From the NCBI GenBank assembly GCA_903848275.1, contig CAINGB010000030.1, positions 1 to 58,902 of the forward strand: 58,902 nt of DNA, read 5' to 3'. Both the position numbers and the translations under genes were made by a program. Positions 27,778-37,234 of this stretch are shown piece after piece. The notes below the pieces were generated by a model. The model was not told the origin of the DNA, ran no database searches, and worked only from the letters and a program-made list of their open reading frames with translations. Position 1 is the first letter of the stretch. Each line of letters begins with the position of its first letter. The DNA is from Candidatus Uhrbacteria bacterium (GTDB lineage: Bacteria; Patescibacteriota; Patescibacteriia; UBA9934).

Positions 27778-29628
27778 ATGAAACCGTTATCAAAAAACAT
27801 AATTGTCGCCTTGTTGGTGGTTTTAGCGCTTGGCGTCATTTTCTCTACCTATGACATGGGTGGCAAGAAAGCCCCGGAAACTATTGGCATTAGCGCCTTG
27901 GTGACTAAGATTGAGGCCGGTGAGGTTAAGAGTATTGACGTGGAGGAGAATTCGTTGACGATTACGGGCAAGGATGACACCGAGTTTTTGGCGAACAAAG
28001 AAAGTGCCCAGTCGCTGAACGAGATTTTGACTGGTTACGGCGTCACAGCTGAACAGTTGAAGGCCGTGAGTATTGAGGTGAAGGAGCCAAGTGCTTTGAC
28101 GTCGCTCGTGCGTAATTTGTTGCCGACGTTGCTGTTCGTGCTGATTTTTGGCGCGGTGTTGTGGTTCTTTTTGCGCCAAATGCAGGGAGCTAATAGTAAG
28201 GCGATGACTTTTGGTCAGGCTAATGTGAAAGAGTCGACCAACAAGAAAAATCGCGTGACGTTTGCGGAAGTGGCAGGTGCCACGGAAGCGAAGGAGGAAT
28301 TGGGCGAGATCGTCGAGTTCTTGAAGACGCCAAAGAAGTTTGCTGATTTGGGCGCGAAGATCCCGAAAGGCGTGTTGCTGATGGGCCCGCCAGGCACTGG
28401 TAAGACTTTGATGGCGCGCGCGGTGAGTGGTGAGGCGAACGTGCCGTTCTTTCATATTAGTGGATCCGAATTCGTGGAGATGTTTGTGGGTGTGGGTGCC
28501 AGCCGCGTCCGCGATTTGTTTGCTCGGGCTAAGAAAGCAGCGCCATGCATTGTGTTTATTGACGAAATTGATGCAGTCGGGCGTCAACGTGGTAGCGGCA
28601 CTGGTGGTGGCCATGACGAACGGGAGCAGACGCTCAACCAGATTTTGGTCGAGATGGACGGCTTTGAACCAAACTTGGGTGTGATCGTGATGGCGGCGAC
28701 TAACCGCCCAGACGTGCTCGACTCAGCGCTGCTCCGCCCAGGACGCTTTGACCGTCGCGTAACGCTCGACCGCCCAGACTTGAAAGAACGCGAGGCGATT
28801 CTGAAGATTCATGCCGTGAGCAAACCGTTAGCAGCCGACGTCGACCTCCAACGCATTGCCGCTAGGACACCAGGCATGGCTGGGGCAGATCTGATGAACA
28901 TCATGAACGAGGCGGCGATTTTGGCAGCCCGGGCAGATAAGAAAGAAACCTCGCAGAAAGAATTACTCGACGCGATTGAGAAAGTGATGATGGGACCAGA
29001 ACGCAAGAGCCATATTTTGGGCGAGGAAGAACGTTTGGTGACGGCTTACCACGAGGCTGGCCACGCGGTGGTTGGCCACTTACTTCCCTACTGTGATGAT
29101 GTGCATAAGGTTTCCATCATTGCCCGCGGCAGAGCAGCAGGATATACCATGAGTATTCCGGACGAGGACCGCAAGATGCATTCGCGCAATGAGTTCTATG
29201 ACGACTTGGCCATGACGCTCGGTGGGTACGTGGCTGAACAAGAAATTTTTGGCGACTTTACAACTGGGGCTAGCAACGACCTGCAGAAGGCCACGGCGAT
29301 GGCCCGCGAACTCGTCACGCAGTTCGGCATGAGTGAGCTGCTCGGCCCACGAACGTACGGCAGTGATGATGATAGGCCAATGTTCGGCCGTGGTGAGGCG
29401 CGTGATTATTCCGAGAAGATTGCGGAGCAGATTGATAGCGAAATGAACCGCGTGTTGGCGGATGCGCTGCAGAAGGCTCGTACGATGGTGCGCGAGCATC
29501 GGACAGAATTGGATAAGATCGTTAACGAATTACTGGTGAAAGAAACAATTGAAAAAGAAGCGTTCGAAACTTTACTTGGCCCGTCGATTAAGCGACCGAA
29601 GGTGACGGTGCAACCTGTCCGCGCCTAA
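27778..29628 (+). CDS. ftsH: ATP-dependent zinc metalloprotease FtsH
   Basis: Walker [17 protein letters not shown] zinc site; ATG 27778 preferred over TTG 27772. Confidence 0.95.
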   Translation: MKPLSKNIIVALLVVLALGVIFSTYDMGGKKAPETIGISALVTKIEAGEVKSIDVEENSLTITGKDDTEFLANKESAQSLNEILTGYGVTAEQLKAVSIEVKEPSALTSLVRNLLPTLLFVLIFGAVLWFFLRQMQGANSKAMTFGQANVKESTNKKNRVTFAEVAGATEAKEELGEIVEFLKTPKKFADLGAKIPKGVLLMGPPGTGKTLMARAVSGEANVPFFHISGSEFVEMFVGVGASRVRDLFARAKKAAPCIVFIDEIDAVGRQRGSGTGGGHDEREQTLNQILVEMDGFEPNLGVIVMAATNRPDVLDSALLRPGRFDRRVTLDRPDLKEREAILKIHAVSKPLAADVDLQRIAARTPGMAGADLMNIMNEAAILAARADKKETSQKELLDAIEKVMMGPERKSHILGEEERLVTAYHEAGHAVVGHLLPYCDDVHKVSIIARGRAAGYTMSIPDEDRKMHSRNEFYDDLAMTLGGYVAEQEIFGDFTTGASNDLQKATAMARELVTQFGMSELLGPRTYGSDDDRPMFGRGEARDYSEKIAEQIDSEMNRVLADALQKARTMVREHRTELDKIVNELLVKETIEKEAFETLLGPSIKRPKVTVQPVRA

Positions 29629-29674
29629 GAATAAAAGTCATCTCGAAAAAAAACTCGGGATGATTTTTATTTTG

Positions 29675-29683
29675 TGCTATACT
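29675..29683 (+). promoter_or_regulatory. extended -10 box TGcTATACT upstream of 29704 (this gene has a GGAGG SD)
   Basis: tgctatact 29675-29683; ggagg 29696-29700. Confidence 0.45.
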
Positions 29684-29703
29684 ACAAATAATCTTGGAGG
29701 ATT

Positions 29704-30705
29704 ATGAAACCATATTCAACTGTTTACCGGCCACTACTTTTAAGAGCGCTGAAAAGTGCTTGGCAACACAAAATGTTGTGGGTTTTTGCTTTCTTGGCTG
29801 GGATCATTCAGACTGGAGCAATCACTAATGATGTCTTGCGCTTAACGCCGAAGATCGGTGGACAAGCGTTGTCATGGGCCACACTGCGGGCGTCGTTTGA
29901 AACTTTTACTTTTCGCGAAAACTTCTTTCATGCTTTTTTTGGGAATAGCGAACAACAAACTATTACCGCTATCGTCGCAGCTACGGTCTGCGCAGTCCTG
30001 TTGGCAATTATCATTTTAACAGCCCAGCATTTGGTACTCTTGCATATCCACCGCACGGCAAAAAAGAAGAAGCAGCCGGGCTTTTGGGTTACTTTACGAT
30101 CGATCAGAGGGGCGCATTTGAGTCGCTTATTTGCCGTTAATGCGCTCAGCCGCTTGAGTTTGGCAATTTTGCTGTTGCTTGGGGTGCTGGCGATTAGAAA
30201 CTTAATGCTATGTACACCAGCTTTTGTGCATCTGTACGCTAGTCTCGGAATATACTTAATTATTATTCCGACGGCCTTTGCTATTAATGCGCTCTCAATG
30301 CTGACGTTGCTACACGTAGTTCGTGAAAATGATGATCTCCATCATGCTTTACAGAAAGCGACGACATTTTTACATAAGCATTGGTTGGCGGTGCTGGAGT
30401 TCTCTATTACCTTGTTCTTTATAAACTTTATTTTCAGTTTGTTCTTGCTGGCCGCGGCTTACTTGCTGGCACTCGTGTTCCTGACCTTATCGGCGCTGGC
30501 GGCTAGCACTATTGTCACCGTCTTACTGACCCTACTCGCTTCAAGCTTTATCATCCTGCTGTTCTTCGTCTTGTTTGATGGCTTCATGGTAAGCTTTAAC
30601 TACGCCGCTTGGAGTGAGTTCTTAGAACGATTCGACAAGTTGCCCGTTCACCCACGGAGCGAACATGTAGCCAAGCACCTCATCCGCCGCTTGAGTTCAC
30701 GCTAA
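29704..30705 (+). CDS. hypothetical polytopic membrane protein
   Basis: 333 aa, about 6 TM helices. Confidence 0.6.
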   Translation: MKPYSTVYRPLLLRALKSAWQHKMLWVFAFLAGIIQTGAITNDVLRLTPKIGGQALSWATLRASFETFTFRENFFHAFFGNSEQQTITAIVAATVCAVLLAIIILTAQHLVLLHIHRTAKKKKQPGFWVTLRSIRGAHLSRLFAVNALSRLSLAILLLLGVLAIRNLMLCTPAFVHLYASLGIYLIIIPTAFAINALSMLTLLHVVRENDDLHHALQKATTFLHKHWLAVLEFSITLFFINFIFSLFLLAAAYLLALVFLTLSALAASTIVTVLLTLLASSFIILLFFVLFDGFMVSFNYAAWSEFLERFDKLPVHPRSEHVAKHLIRRLSSR

Positions 30706-30714
30706 TCTTCCAAC

Positions 30715-32532
30715 ATGCCTGGCAATCTGCCATCAATCGCTGATCTTCTCAAACGGAGAAAAGAGGCGCAAACAGCTCCAGTAACAGCGATCGATGAGAC
30801 GGCTGTAATTGAGGTTAAAAAAGATGATGAGTCGATTGTCGACGTGCCAGAAGAGCAGAAGATATCTAGCGACACTGAAACGCAAGGAGCCCTGTCGGAA
30901 AAAATGGGCTTGATTAAGTTGCGTGAGAAAGAAGAAGAGACGGCACGATTAGCCGCGAGCATTGGCGTGCCATATATCAGCTTGAAGGGCTTCCCTATTT
31001 CGCCAGAAGCGATCGTCTTATTAAGCGAAGAGCAGGCGGCTAAGATGAAAGCCATTTGTTTCTTGTCGACGGGGGCTGAATTGCGACTAGGAGCGGTTGA
31101 CCCGAAGTCACAAGCGATCGTCGACCTAGCCTACGATTTAGGCGAAAGACACAAGACGAATGCCGTTGTTTACGCTATTTCCGACGAAAGTTTTAAACAG
31201 GGCTTGCGGCTTTACTCAATGCTGCCGAAGATTACTAAGGCAGTAAAGGGCGTGCAGATCACGGAAGCTGATTTGGCTAAGTACCAGGACCAGATGAAGG
31301 ACGTGGGTGCGATTGCGGAAATCTTGAATAAGGCGAATGTGACCGACGTGTTGGCGGTGATTATTGCGGCGAGTGTGCAGTTGGGGTCTTCTGACGTCCA
31401 CATTGAAGCTGAAGAGACTGGTATTGTGGTACGTTTCCGCGTCGACGGTATGCTGCAGGAAATTGCCAAGCTGGAACCGAGTAAATGGCAAAAGATTATC
31501 AATCGTATTAAGTTGATTGCTAGCTTGAAGTTGAATATTTCCGACCAGGCGCAGGATGGGCGCTTTACGATTTTCCAAAAAAATAAGGAAATTGACGTGC
31601 GTACCAGCACCATTCCGACGGCTTATGGTGAGTCAGTGGTGATGCGCCTGCTCAACCCTGATTCTATTTCACTGGCGTTCGAGGAACTGGGTTTCCGCGC
31701 GCCGATGCTCAAGAAACTCAATCATGAGATTGAGAAGCCAAACGGCATGATTATTACGACCGGTCCGACTGGTAGTGGTAAGACGACGACGCTGTACGCT
31801 ATCCTGAAGCGGTTGAACACGAAGGACGTCAAGATTATTACACTTGAGGATCCAGTGGAATACAAAGTGGAAGGGTTGAACCAGAGTCAAATTGATACCA
31901 GCAAGGATTACACTTTCGCCAAGGGCTTGCGGTCTATTCTCCGCCAAGACCCGGACATTGTGATGGTTGGCGAAATCCGTGACATTGAGACGGCGGAGAT
32001 CGCGATTCAGGCGTCGCTGACTGGCCACTTGATGCTCTCCACGATCCACACCAACGATGCGGCTGGAGCTATCCCCCGTTTTCTCTCGATGGGGGTCAAG
32101 CCATACTTACTGGCACCAGCGATGAATGCGATTATGGGTCAACGGTTGCTGCGTAAGCTGTGCCAGGCTTGTAAAAAAGAAATGGCCGTCGACGCCGACA
32201 CCATGACCGACGTCAAGAAACTAATCGAGGCCTTGCCGGCCAACTCGGGTGAGGTGAAGCCGGATTTGGCGACAGCGAAGTTTTATGGACCAGTTGGTTG
32301 CGAAAAGTGCAATAATTCTGGCTATAAGGGCCGGATTGGTGCTTACGAGCTGCTTGTAAGAGATGCAGATTTAGAGAAGATGATTACGGAAAGTAGCTCG
32401 ATTACGGAGTATCAAATGCGCGAGGTGGCGACCAGACAAGGAATGGTGAGTATGGCGCAAGATGGCATCTTGAAGGCGATCGACGGGGTGACGGCACTCG
32501 AAGAGGTGAAAAGGATTGTGGGATTGGGTTAA
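30715..32532 (+). CDS. pilB: GspE/PilB family type IV pilus or secretion ATPase
   Basis: 605 aa; Walker A GPTGSGKTTT, Asp/His boxes, tetracysteine CQACKK...CEKC. Confidence 0.85.
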   Translation: MPGNLPSIADLLKRRKEAQTAPVTAIDETAVIEVKKDDESIVDVPEEQKISSDTETQGALSEKMGLIKLREKEEETARLAASIGVPYISLKGFPISPEAIVLLSEEQAAKMKAICFLSTGAELRLGAVDPKSQAIVDLAYDLGERHKTNAVVYAISDESFKQGLRLYSMLPKITKAVKGVQITEADLAKYQDQMKDVGAIAEILNKANVTDVLAVIIAASVQLGSSDVHIEAEETGIVVRFRVDGMLQEIAKLEPSKWQKIINRIKLIASLKLNISDQAQDGRFTIFQKNKEIDVRTSTIPTAYGESVVMRLLNPDSISLAFEELGFRAPMLKKLNHEIEKPNGMIITTGPTGSGKTTTLYAILKRLNTKDVKIITLEDPVEYKVEGLNQSQIDTSKDYTFAKGLRSILRQDPDIVMVGEIRDIETAEIAIQASLTGHLMLSTIHTNDAAGAIPRFLSMGVKPYLLAPAMNAIMGQRLLRKLCQACKKEMAVDADTMTDVKKLIEALPANSGEVKPDLATAKFYGPVGCEKCNNSGYKGRIGAYELLVRDADLEKMITESSSITEYQMREVATRQGMVSMAQDGILKAIDGVTALEEVKRIVGLG

Positions 32533-32570
32533 AAACTGGCTAATATTAGCTTAATTCTGGTAAAAATGGC

Positions 32571-32599
32571 TTGACAAAACGGCCATTTTTTGCTATTAT
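32571..32599 (+). promoter_or_regulatory. near-consensus sigma70-type promoter TTGACA-N17-TATTAT
   Basis: ttgaca 32571-32576, tattat 32594-32599; overlaps the pilB terminator hairpin; faces the GC-rich gene 32688..33272. Confidence 0.55.
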
Positions 32600-32687
32600 A
32601 GAGAGTCGGTTAGCTGCTAGCTGATCGGCTCGATTCCACACATAACCCCACCTCAACCGGCCACAAATGGCCAAAACTGGAGATTCA

Positions 32688-33272
32688 ATGTCCAATCCTG
32701 CAACTGCCGCTGCCCCCTGCCGCCGCGTCCCCATGACCCTTGGTCAGCGCCGGGTGGCCTACTGCAAGCATTTCGTCGCGGCGTACTGGCACTTGTTCCT
32801 GTGCTGGCTGCCGACCCTGCTGGTGCTGGTCTGCGCCATGTTCCACAAGGCGGACTACCAGGCCCTGCCGGGTGTCGCCGGACCGGCAGTGTGGAGTCAG
32901 TGCATGGCGACCTGCGCTGTCTGGCTGGTGACGGTCGCCTGGCGCACGGTGAGCAGCACGCCCCTGGTACTGGCGGTGTTCATCGTCAATCTGGTGGTGC
33001 TGCTGATCCGGGCCAAGGTGCTGCACGACGAGCACCATGGTCACGGGCACGGACACGCCCCCACCGGCATGTTCGCCAAGGCCTGGGCCAAGGTCAAGCC
33101 CGTCCTCCCCTGGACGCCGACCTTCGTGGCGGTAGTGGTTGGGCTCTTGGGCCACAGCTACTACCCGGCGATCTTCGCCAGCCAGGACATGTTCTGCCTG
33201 CCGCTCGCGGTGGCCGTCATGAACGGTAGCTTGATCTGGTGGGTCGGGATCAAGTTCGGTGGTCACCACTAA
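32688..33272 (+). CDS. His-rich 5-TM membrane protein (GC-rich insert)
   Basis: 194 aa from MSNPATAAAP (GGAGA 4 nt upstream); loop HDEHHGHGHGHAP, C-terminal GGHH. Confidence 0.55.
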   Translation: MSNPATAAAPCRRVPMTLGQRRVAYCKHFVAAYWHLFLCWLPTLLVLVCAMFHKADYQALPGVAGPAVWSQCMATCAVWLVTVAWRTVSSTPLVLAVFIVNLVVLLIRAKVLHDEHHGHGHGHAPTGMFAKAWAKVKPVLPWTPTFVAVVVGLLGHSYYPAIFASQDMFCLPLAVAVMNGSLIWWVGIKFGGHH

Positions 33273-33289
33273 GTCGTCGGGGTCCTCGG

Positions 33290-33302
33290 CCAGCTCAGCT
33301 GG
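33290..33302. repeat. CCAGCTCAGCTGG palindrome, copy 1
   Basis: Context cctcggccagctcagctggc. Confidence 0.7.
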
Positions 33303-33365
33303 CTGAAGGCCCCACGCGGGAGAAGCTCTCGTCTTCGAGCTTCTCCCCAATCCATAACGCCTCGG

Positions 33366-33378
33366 CCAGCTCAGCTGG
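33366..33378. repeat. CCAGCTCAGCTGG palindrome, copy 2
   Basis: Context cctcggccagctcagctggc, 76 nt after copy 1. Confidence 0.7.
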
Positions 33379-33429
33379 CCGGGGCTTTGTGTTTGTCGGC
33401 GAGATGAAAGTCCTATACAGTACCGCTAT

Positions 33430-34134
33430 ATGATGACCGAAAGATTCTTTGTCTCGCCCGAGTTTTTAGCGGAGAAAAATCAGGCTTTTACTATTCCCGC
33501 CGGGCCGTTGTACCGCCAAATTGTGGCCGTGCTGCGCATGAAGGCAGGAGATAATTTGGCCTTGTTGCCGAATGATGGCCGCGAGCTAGTTTGTAAGATA
33601 ACTGAGATTAATCGCTCGGGGATTATCGGCGATATTATTGAAACAGTCAGCAAACCAGAAATCACGCCGAAGGTGATGGTTTGTGCAGCGCTACTTAAGC
33701 GCGAAAATTTTGAGTTGATTTTGCAAAAGTGTACGGAGCTGGGAGCCACGTCGTTTCAGCCACTGGTGACTGAACGGACAATTAAAAAGCTCAGTGAAGT
33801 GCCAGAGCGTTGGCTGGCAATCGTACGGGAAGCTAGCGAGCAGTCGGGACGCGGCGTGATGCCCGTAATTCACGAGCCGCTCAGCTTTGAAAAGGCGTTG
33901 GCGAAGACCGATGGCTTGCGACGAGTAGTGTTGCACGAAGGGCATGGTGGAAAGTTGCCAGCTAAGAAGAAAGATGAGGCAATAGCCTTGTTTATTGGGC
34001 CAGAAGGCGGGTTTACAGAGCGCGAGATTACGCTGGCTAAAGATGCGGGGAGTCTCGTTACGCACTTGGGTGATAAGCTCGTCATGCGGGCAGAAACAGC
34101 GGCGATGGCTGGCCTTACTTTGTTGCGATTGTAA
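33430..34134 (+). CDS. rsmE: 16S rRNA (uracil1498-N3)-methyltransferase RsmE
   Basis: 234 aa; C-terminal GPEGGF...E and MRAETA trefoil-knot motifs. Confidence 0.8.
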   Translation: MMTERFFVSPEFLAEKNQAFTIPAGPLYRQIVAVLRMKAGDNLALLPNDGRELVCKITEINRSGIIGDIIETVSKPEITPKVMVCAALLKRENFELILQKCTELGATSFQPLVTERTIKKLSEVPERWLAIVREASEQSGRGVMPVIHEPLSFEKALAKTDGLRRVVLHEGHGGKLPAKKKDEAIALFIGPEGGFTEREITLAKDAGSLVTHLGDKLVMRAETAAMAGLTLLRL

Positions 34135-34555
34135 TTTCACGGGCGTCTTCACCAAGATGATTGATGGTGACGGTGATGTCTGGCGCTAGGTCGACGCTGA
34201 CGGCGTTGGGCCATTCGATGAGGAGAATAGTGTCGGCGCGACGCTCGTCAGCTAAGGATAAAGCTGTCAGCTCGGCGTCAGTTTGCAGGCGGTAGAGATC
34301 GACGTGAATGATTCGACTGATTTTGTGATTGACCAGTCCCGGACTCCTGGAGTCCGGGACTTGATATTCGTTCATGACGGAAAAGGTGGGGCTTTTGACG
34401 CGATCGGTCACGCCGAGGGCGAGTGCTAGGCCTTGGACGAAGGTGGTTTTGCCGGCACCCAAGTCGCCAATGAGGGCAATAACTTCCCCGCCGTGGAGGG
34501 TGCGGGCGAGGTCGGCGGCAATGGCTTGAGTTTCCGCAGCGTTATTGGTGATCAT
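34115..34555 (-). CDS. tsaE: tRNA t6A biosynthesis ATPase TsaE, with an in-frame palindrome insertion
   Basis: 146 aa; [27 protein letters not shown]; 20-nt convergent overlap with rsmE. Confidence 0.85.
   Translation of the reverse strand: MITNNAAETQAIAADLARTLHGGEVIALIGDLGAGKTTFVQGLALALGVTDRVKSPTFSVMNEYQVPDSRSPGLVNHKISRIIHVDLYRLQTDAELTALSLADERRADTILLIEWPNAVSVDLAPDITVTINHLGEDAREITIATK
34335..34361. repeat. 27-nt perfect palindrome agtcccggactcc-t-ggagtccgggact inside the tsaE coding sequence
   Basis: Identical to the core of 17608..17638; encodes VPDSRSPGL in the tsaE frame. Confidence 0.85.
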
Positions 34556-35574
34556 ACGAGGTCGAGATTAGGGTTCGCTGATAAGACCAGAGGGTCAATG
34601 AAGTTTTGGGCCAGAGCTCGATAGTAGCCGGCGACGGCAATCATGGCGGCGTTGTCGAGGGCGTAGGCGAAGGGCGGAACGTGGACGTCGACCTGATGCT
34701 CGGCGCCGAGAGTTTGGAGACGAGTGCGTAAGGAAGTGTTAGCGGCCACACCACCTGCTAAGATAATTGATTTGGGGGAATGCTCGACGATGGCTCGTTT
34801 AGTCTTTTTAATAAGCACATCAATAACGGCCTCCTGAAATGAGGCGGCAATATCTGCTCTGAATTTTGCATCAGCGAGACTCGCTTCATTCTCTCGTAGC
34901 TTGTAGAGGACGCTGGTTTTGAGGCCGGCAAAACTGAAGTCGAGATTAGACTTATCGAGGAGAGCTCGAGGAAATGAGAAAGCTGTTGGATTACCGAGTT
35001 TAGCCAGTTGCTCGACTTGCGGACCACCAGGATATGGCAGGCCGAGCATCTTGGCGACTTTGTCGAAAGCTTCACCGGCCGCGTCGTCGATAGTTTCGCC
35101 CAAGCGTTCGAAGCTGCCGTGGCCGCGCATTAACACGAGTTCAGTGTGGCCGCCGGAAACGATGAGGGCGAGGGCTGGGAATTGCGGAGGAGTGAGGGTG
35201 TCGAGCCATGTCGCGTAAATGTGACCTTCGAGGTGGCAGACTGGGATGAGGGGCTTGTGCCAGGCCCAAGCTAGGGCTTTAGCGGCTTCCACACCGACAC
35301 GGAGGGCTGGGGCAAGGCCCGGACCAGCGGTGACGGCAAGCGCGTCGAGGTCAGCGGCAGAAACTTGAGCGTCAGCTAGGGCCTGAGTAATCATGGGGAA
35401 AAGATAGGCCAAATGCTCACGAGCGGCGACTTCGGGGACAACGCCACCGTAGGCCTGGTGGATGTCTATCTGGCTGCGGACGAGGCTGCTCTCCAACGTC
35501 AAAACGTCGCCTTGGCCCGAGAGGACGGCGACGGCTGTTTCGTCACAGCTGGATTCGATAGCTAAAATTCTCAT
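34552..35574 (-). CDS. tsaD: tRNA N6-adenosine threonylcarbamoyltransferase TsaD
   Basis: 340 aa; MRILAIESSCDETA, HLEGH, GGVAAN. Confidence 0.9.
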   Translation of the reverse strand: MRILAIESSCDETAVAVLSGQGDVLTLESSLVRSQIDIHQAYGGVVPEVAAREHLAYLFPMITQALADAQVSAADLDALAVTAGPGLAPALRVGVEAAKALAWAWHKPLIPVCHLEGHIYATWLDTLTPPQFPALALIVSGGHTELVLMRGHGSFERLGETIDDAAGEAFDKVAKMLGLPYPGGPQVEQLAKLGNPTAFSFPRALLDKSNLDFSFAGLKTSVLYKLRENEASLADAKFRADIAASFQEAVIDVLIKKTKRAIVEHSPKSIILAGGVAANTSLRTRLQTLGAEHQVDVHVPPFAYALDNAAMIAVAGYYRALAQNFIDPLVLSANPNLDLV

Positions 35575-35617
35575 AAAAGGCGTGGTATACTGAAATCCAG
35601 TAATAATCTTCCCTACT

Positions 35618-36196
35618 ATGCCCTACACCGAGCAACAATTCAACTTACCGGAACTGGCAGGATTGTCGGCCAAACAGATTGAGGTTCATTTGAAATTATA
35701 TGCTGGCTACGTCAAAAATGTGAATGCGGTGCAGGCGAAGATCGCCGAATACATGATGGACAGTACGGCTAATGCGCTGGCTATCGCAGAATTGACGAGA
35801 AGGTTTGGGTTTGAGTTTAACGGCATGAGGTTGCATGAGCTGTACTTTGAGGCGTTGGGCGGGAACGACGAGATGGCCGAGGGTGCGCTGACAAAGGCTC
35901 TAGCTGCGCAGTATGGCAGCATGGAGAACTGGCTAGCAGAGTTTAAGGCCATGGGCGTCATGCGTGGGATTGGTTGGGTGCTGCTGACCTACGATGAGAA
36001 GAGCAGGACTTTCCACAACGTATGGGTAAGCGACCACGAGCTTGGCCACTTGGCGGACACGAAAATCGTCATCGCGATGGATGTGTGGGAACATGCCTTT
36101 ATGGTGGACTACATGCCAGCCCAGAGAGCGGATTATGTGACGGCGTTCTTGGCGAACTTGAAGTGGGACGTAATAACTGCCCGTTTTATTGATTAA
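35618..36196 (+). CDS. Fe/Mn superoxide dismutase
   Basis: 192 aa; C-terminal DVWEHAF..DY metal-binding motif, N-terminal H..LY pattern. Confidence 0.85.
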   Translation: MPYTEQQFNLPELAGLSAKQIEVHLKLYAGYVKNVNAVQAKIAEYMMDSTANALAIAELTRRFGFEFNGMRLHELYFEALGGNDEMAEGALTKALAAQYGSMENWLAEFKAMGVMRGIGWVLLTYDEKSRTFHNVWVSDHELGHLADTKIVIAMDVWEHAFMVDYMPAQRADYVTAFLANLKWDVITARFID

Positions 36197-36241
36197 ACGC
36201 TGACAGTACCTAGCACACACCTGGCACGAGCCTGGCACCGA

Positions 36242-37195
36242 TCAATTACCGATGGCTAGCAATATGTCGCCGCGCTTGAAGCGCATGGTTTCCTTCCACC
36301 AGAGTGGGGTGCCGCTCGAGGTGGTGCGGATGATTTTCTCGCCAGTGCCATCGAGCTTGGCGACTAGGCCGAGCACTTCACCTTGCACAACCTTCCCCCA
36401 GCTATGGGGGAGTGAGGAGGGGGCCGTGAAGGAAGGCCGCCAGAGACCGTCGAAAGTAGCAGTGATGAAAGAGACGTGAGTGAGAACCTGCGTCTCTTTT
36501 CGTTCTGGAGTGCCGTCGATGAGGCCGAGAAGCTGCATGGTCTGTTCGAGCCAGGTGAGGTGACGGGCGACGTCGTCAGCGAGTAAGGTGCGACGAGAAC
36601 CGGATTCGGCGACGATGTAAGTACAGCCCTGTTTGGCGAGGGCGGCGGGCTTGAGGCCGAAGCGAGCTGATTCGTACATGATAATGGGAGCCACACCGTA
36701 ATGGATGATATCGCGAGCCAGGGCGTCGACCTTGGCCACGCCTGTATTGTGGAGCCAGAGATACGGGTTGACGCCTTCTGTGATAGCGGCACCGTGGAGG
36801 TCGTACCAGCAGTCGGCCTCAACAGCCAAGCTAGCAACGAAATTCATGAGGCGCTCGGTTGATGAGCCATTGACGCGACCCGGGAAGACGTATTTGGGGA
36901 ATTTGCCGTCAGCTGGGTTGTGGCTGCATTCGGCTTGGAAGCCAGGGATGTTGACGATGGGTAGAACGATGAGGCGACCAGCAAAGTCGAGGGTTTTGTA
37001 GCGCTCGATGAGCTGGTAAGCAGCAGCGATGCCAGCGTATTCGTCGCCGTCCATACCGGCCGTAACTAGGAGTGTCGGCCCGGGGCGCTGGCCCATGAGG
37101 TCGGCGATAGGTAGTTCGATGCTGACGTCGCCTAAGTCGACCCGCTGTAGACGGATGGGGTTACCTTGGAACATGGCGAGGATTTCCTTTAACAT
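36242..37195 (-). CDS. succinylglutamate desuccinylase/aspartoacylase (AstE/AspA, M14-like) family protein
   Basis: 317 aa; GMDGDEYAG in place of the usual HG.E motif, PIVNIPGF, DLHG. Confidence 0.55.
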   Translation of the reverse strand: MLKEILAMFQGNPIRLQRVDLGDVSIELPIADLMGQRPGPTLLVTAGMDGDEYAGIAAAYQLIERYKTLDFAGRLIVLPIVNIPGFQAECSHNPADGKFPKYVFPGRVNGSSTERLMNFVASLAVEADCWYDLHGAAITEGVNPYLWLHNTGVAKVDALARDIIHYGVAPIIMYESARFGLKPAALAKQGCTYIVAESGSRRTLLADDVARHLTWLEQTMQLLGLIDGTPERKETQVLTHVSFITATFDGLWRPSFTAPSSLPHSWGKVVQGEVLGLVAKLDGTGEKIIRTTSSGTPLWWKETMRFKRGDILLAIGN

Positions 37196-37234
37196 GGCCG
37201 TAGTATACCTGATTGTGTTACCATTGGGCTACTT

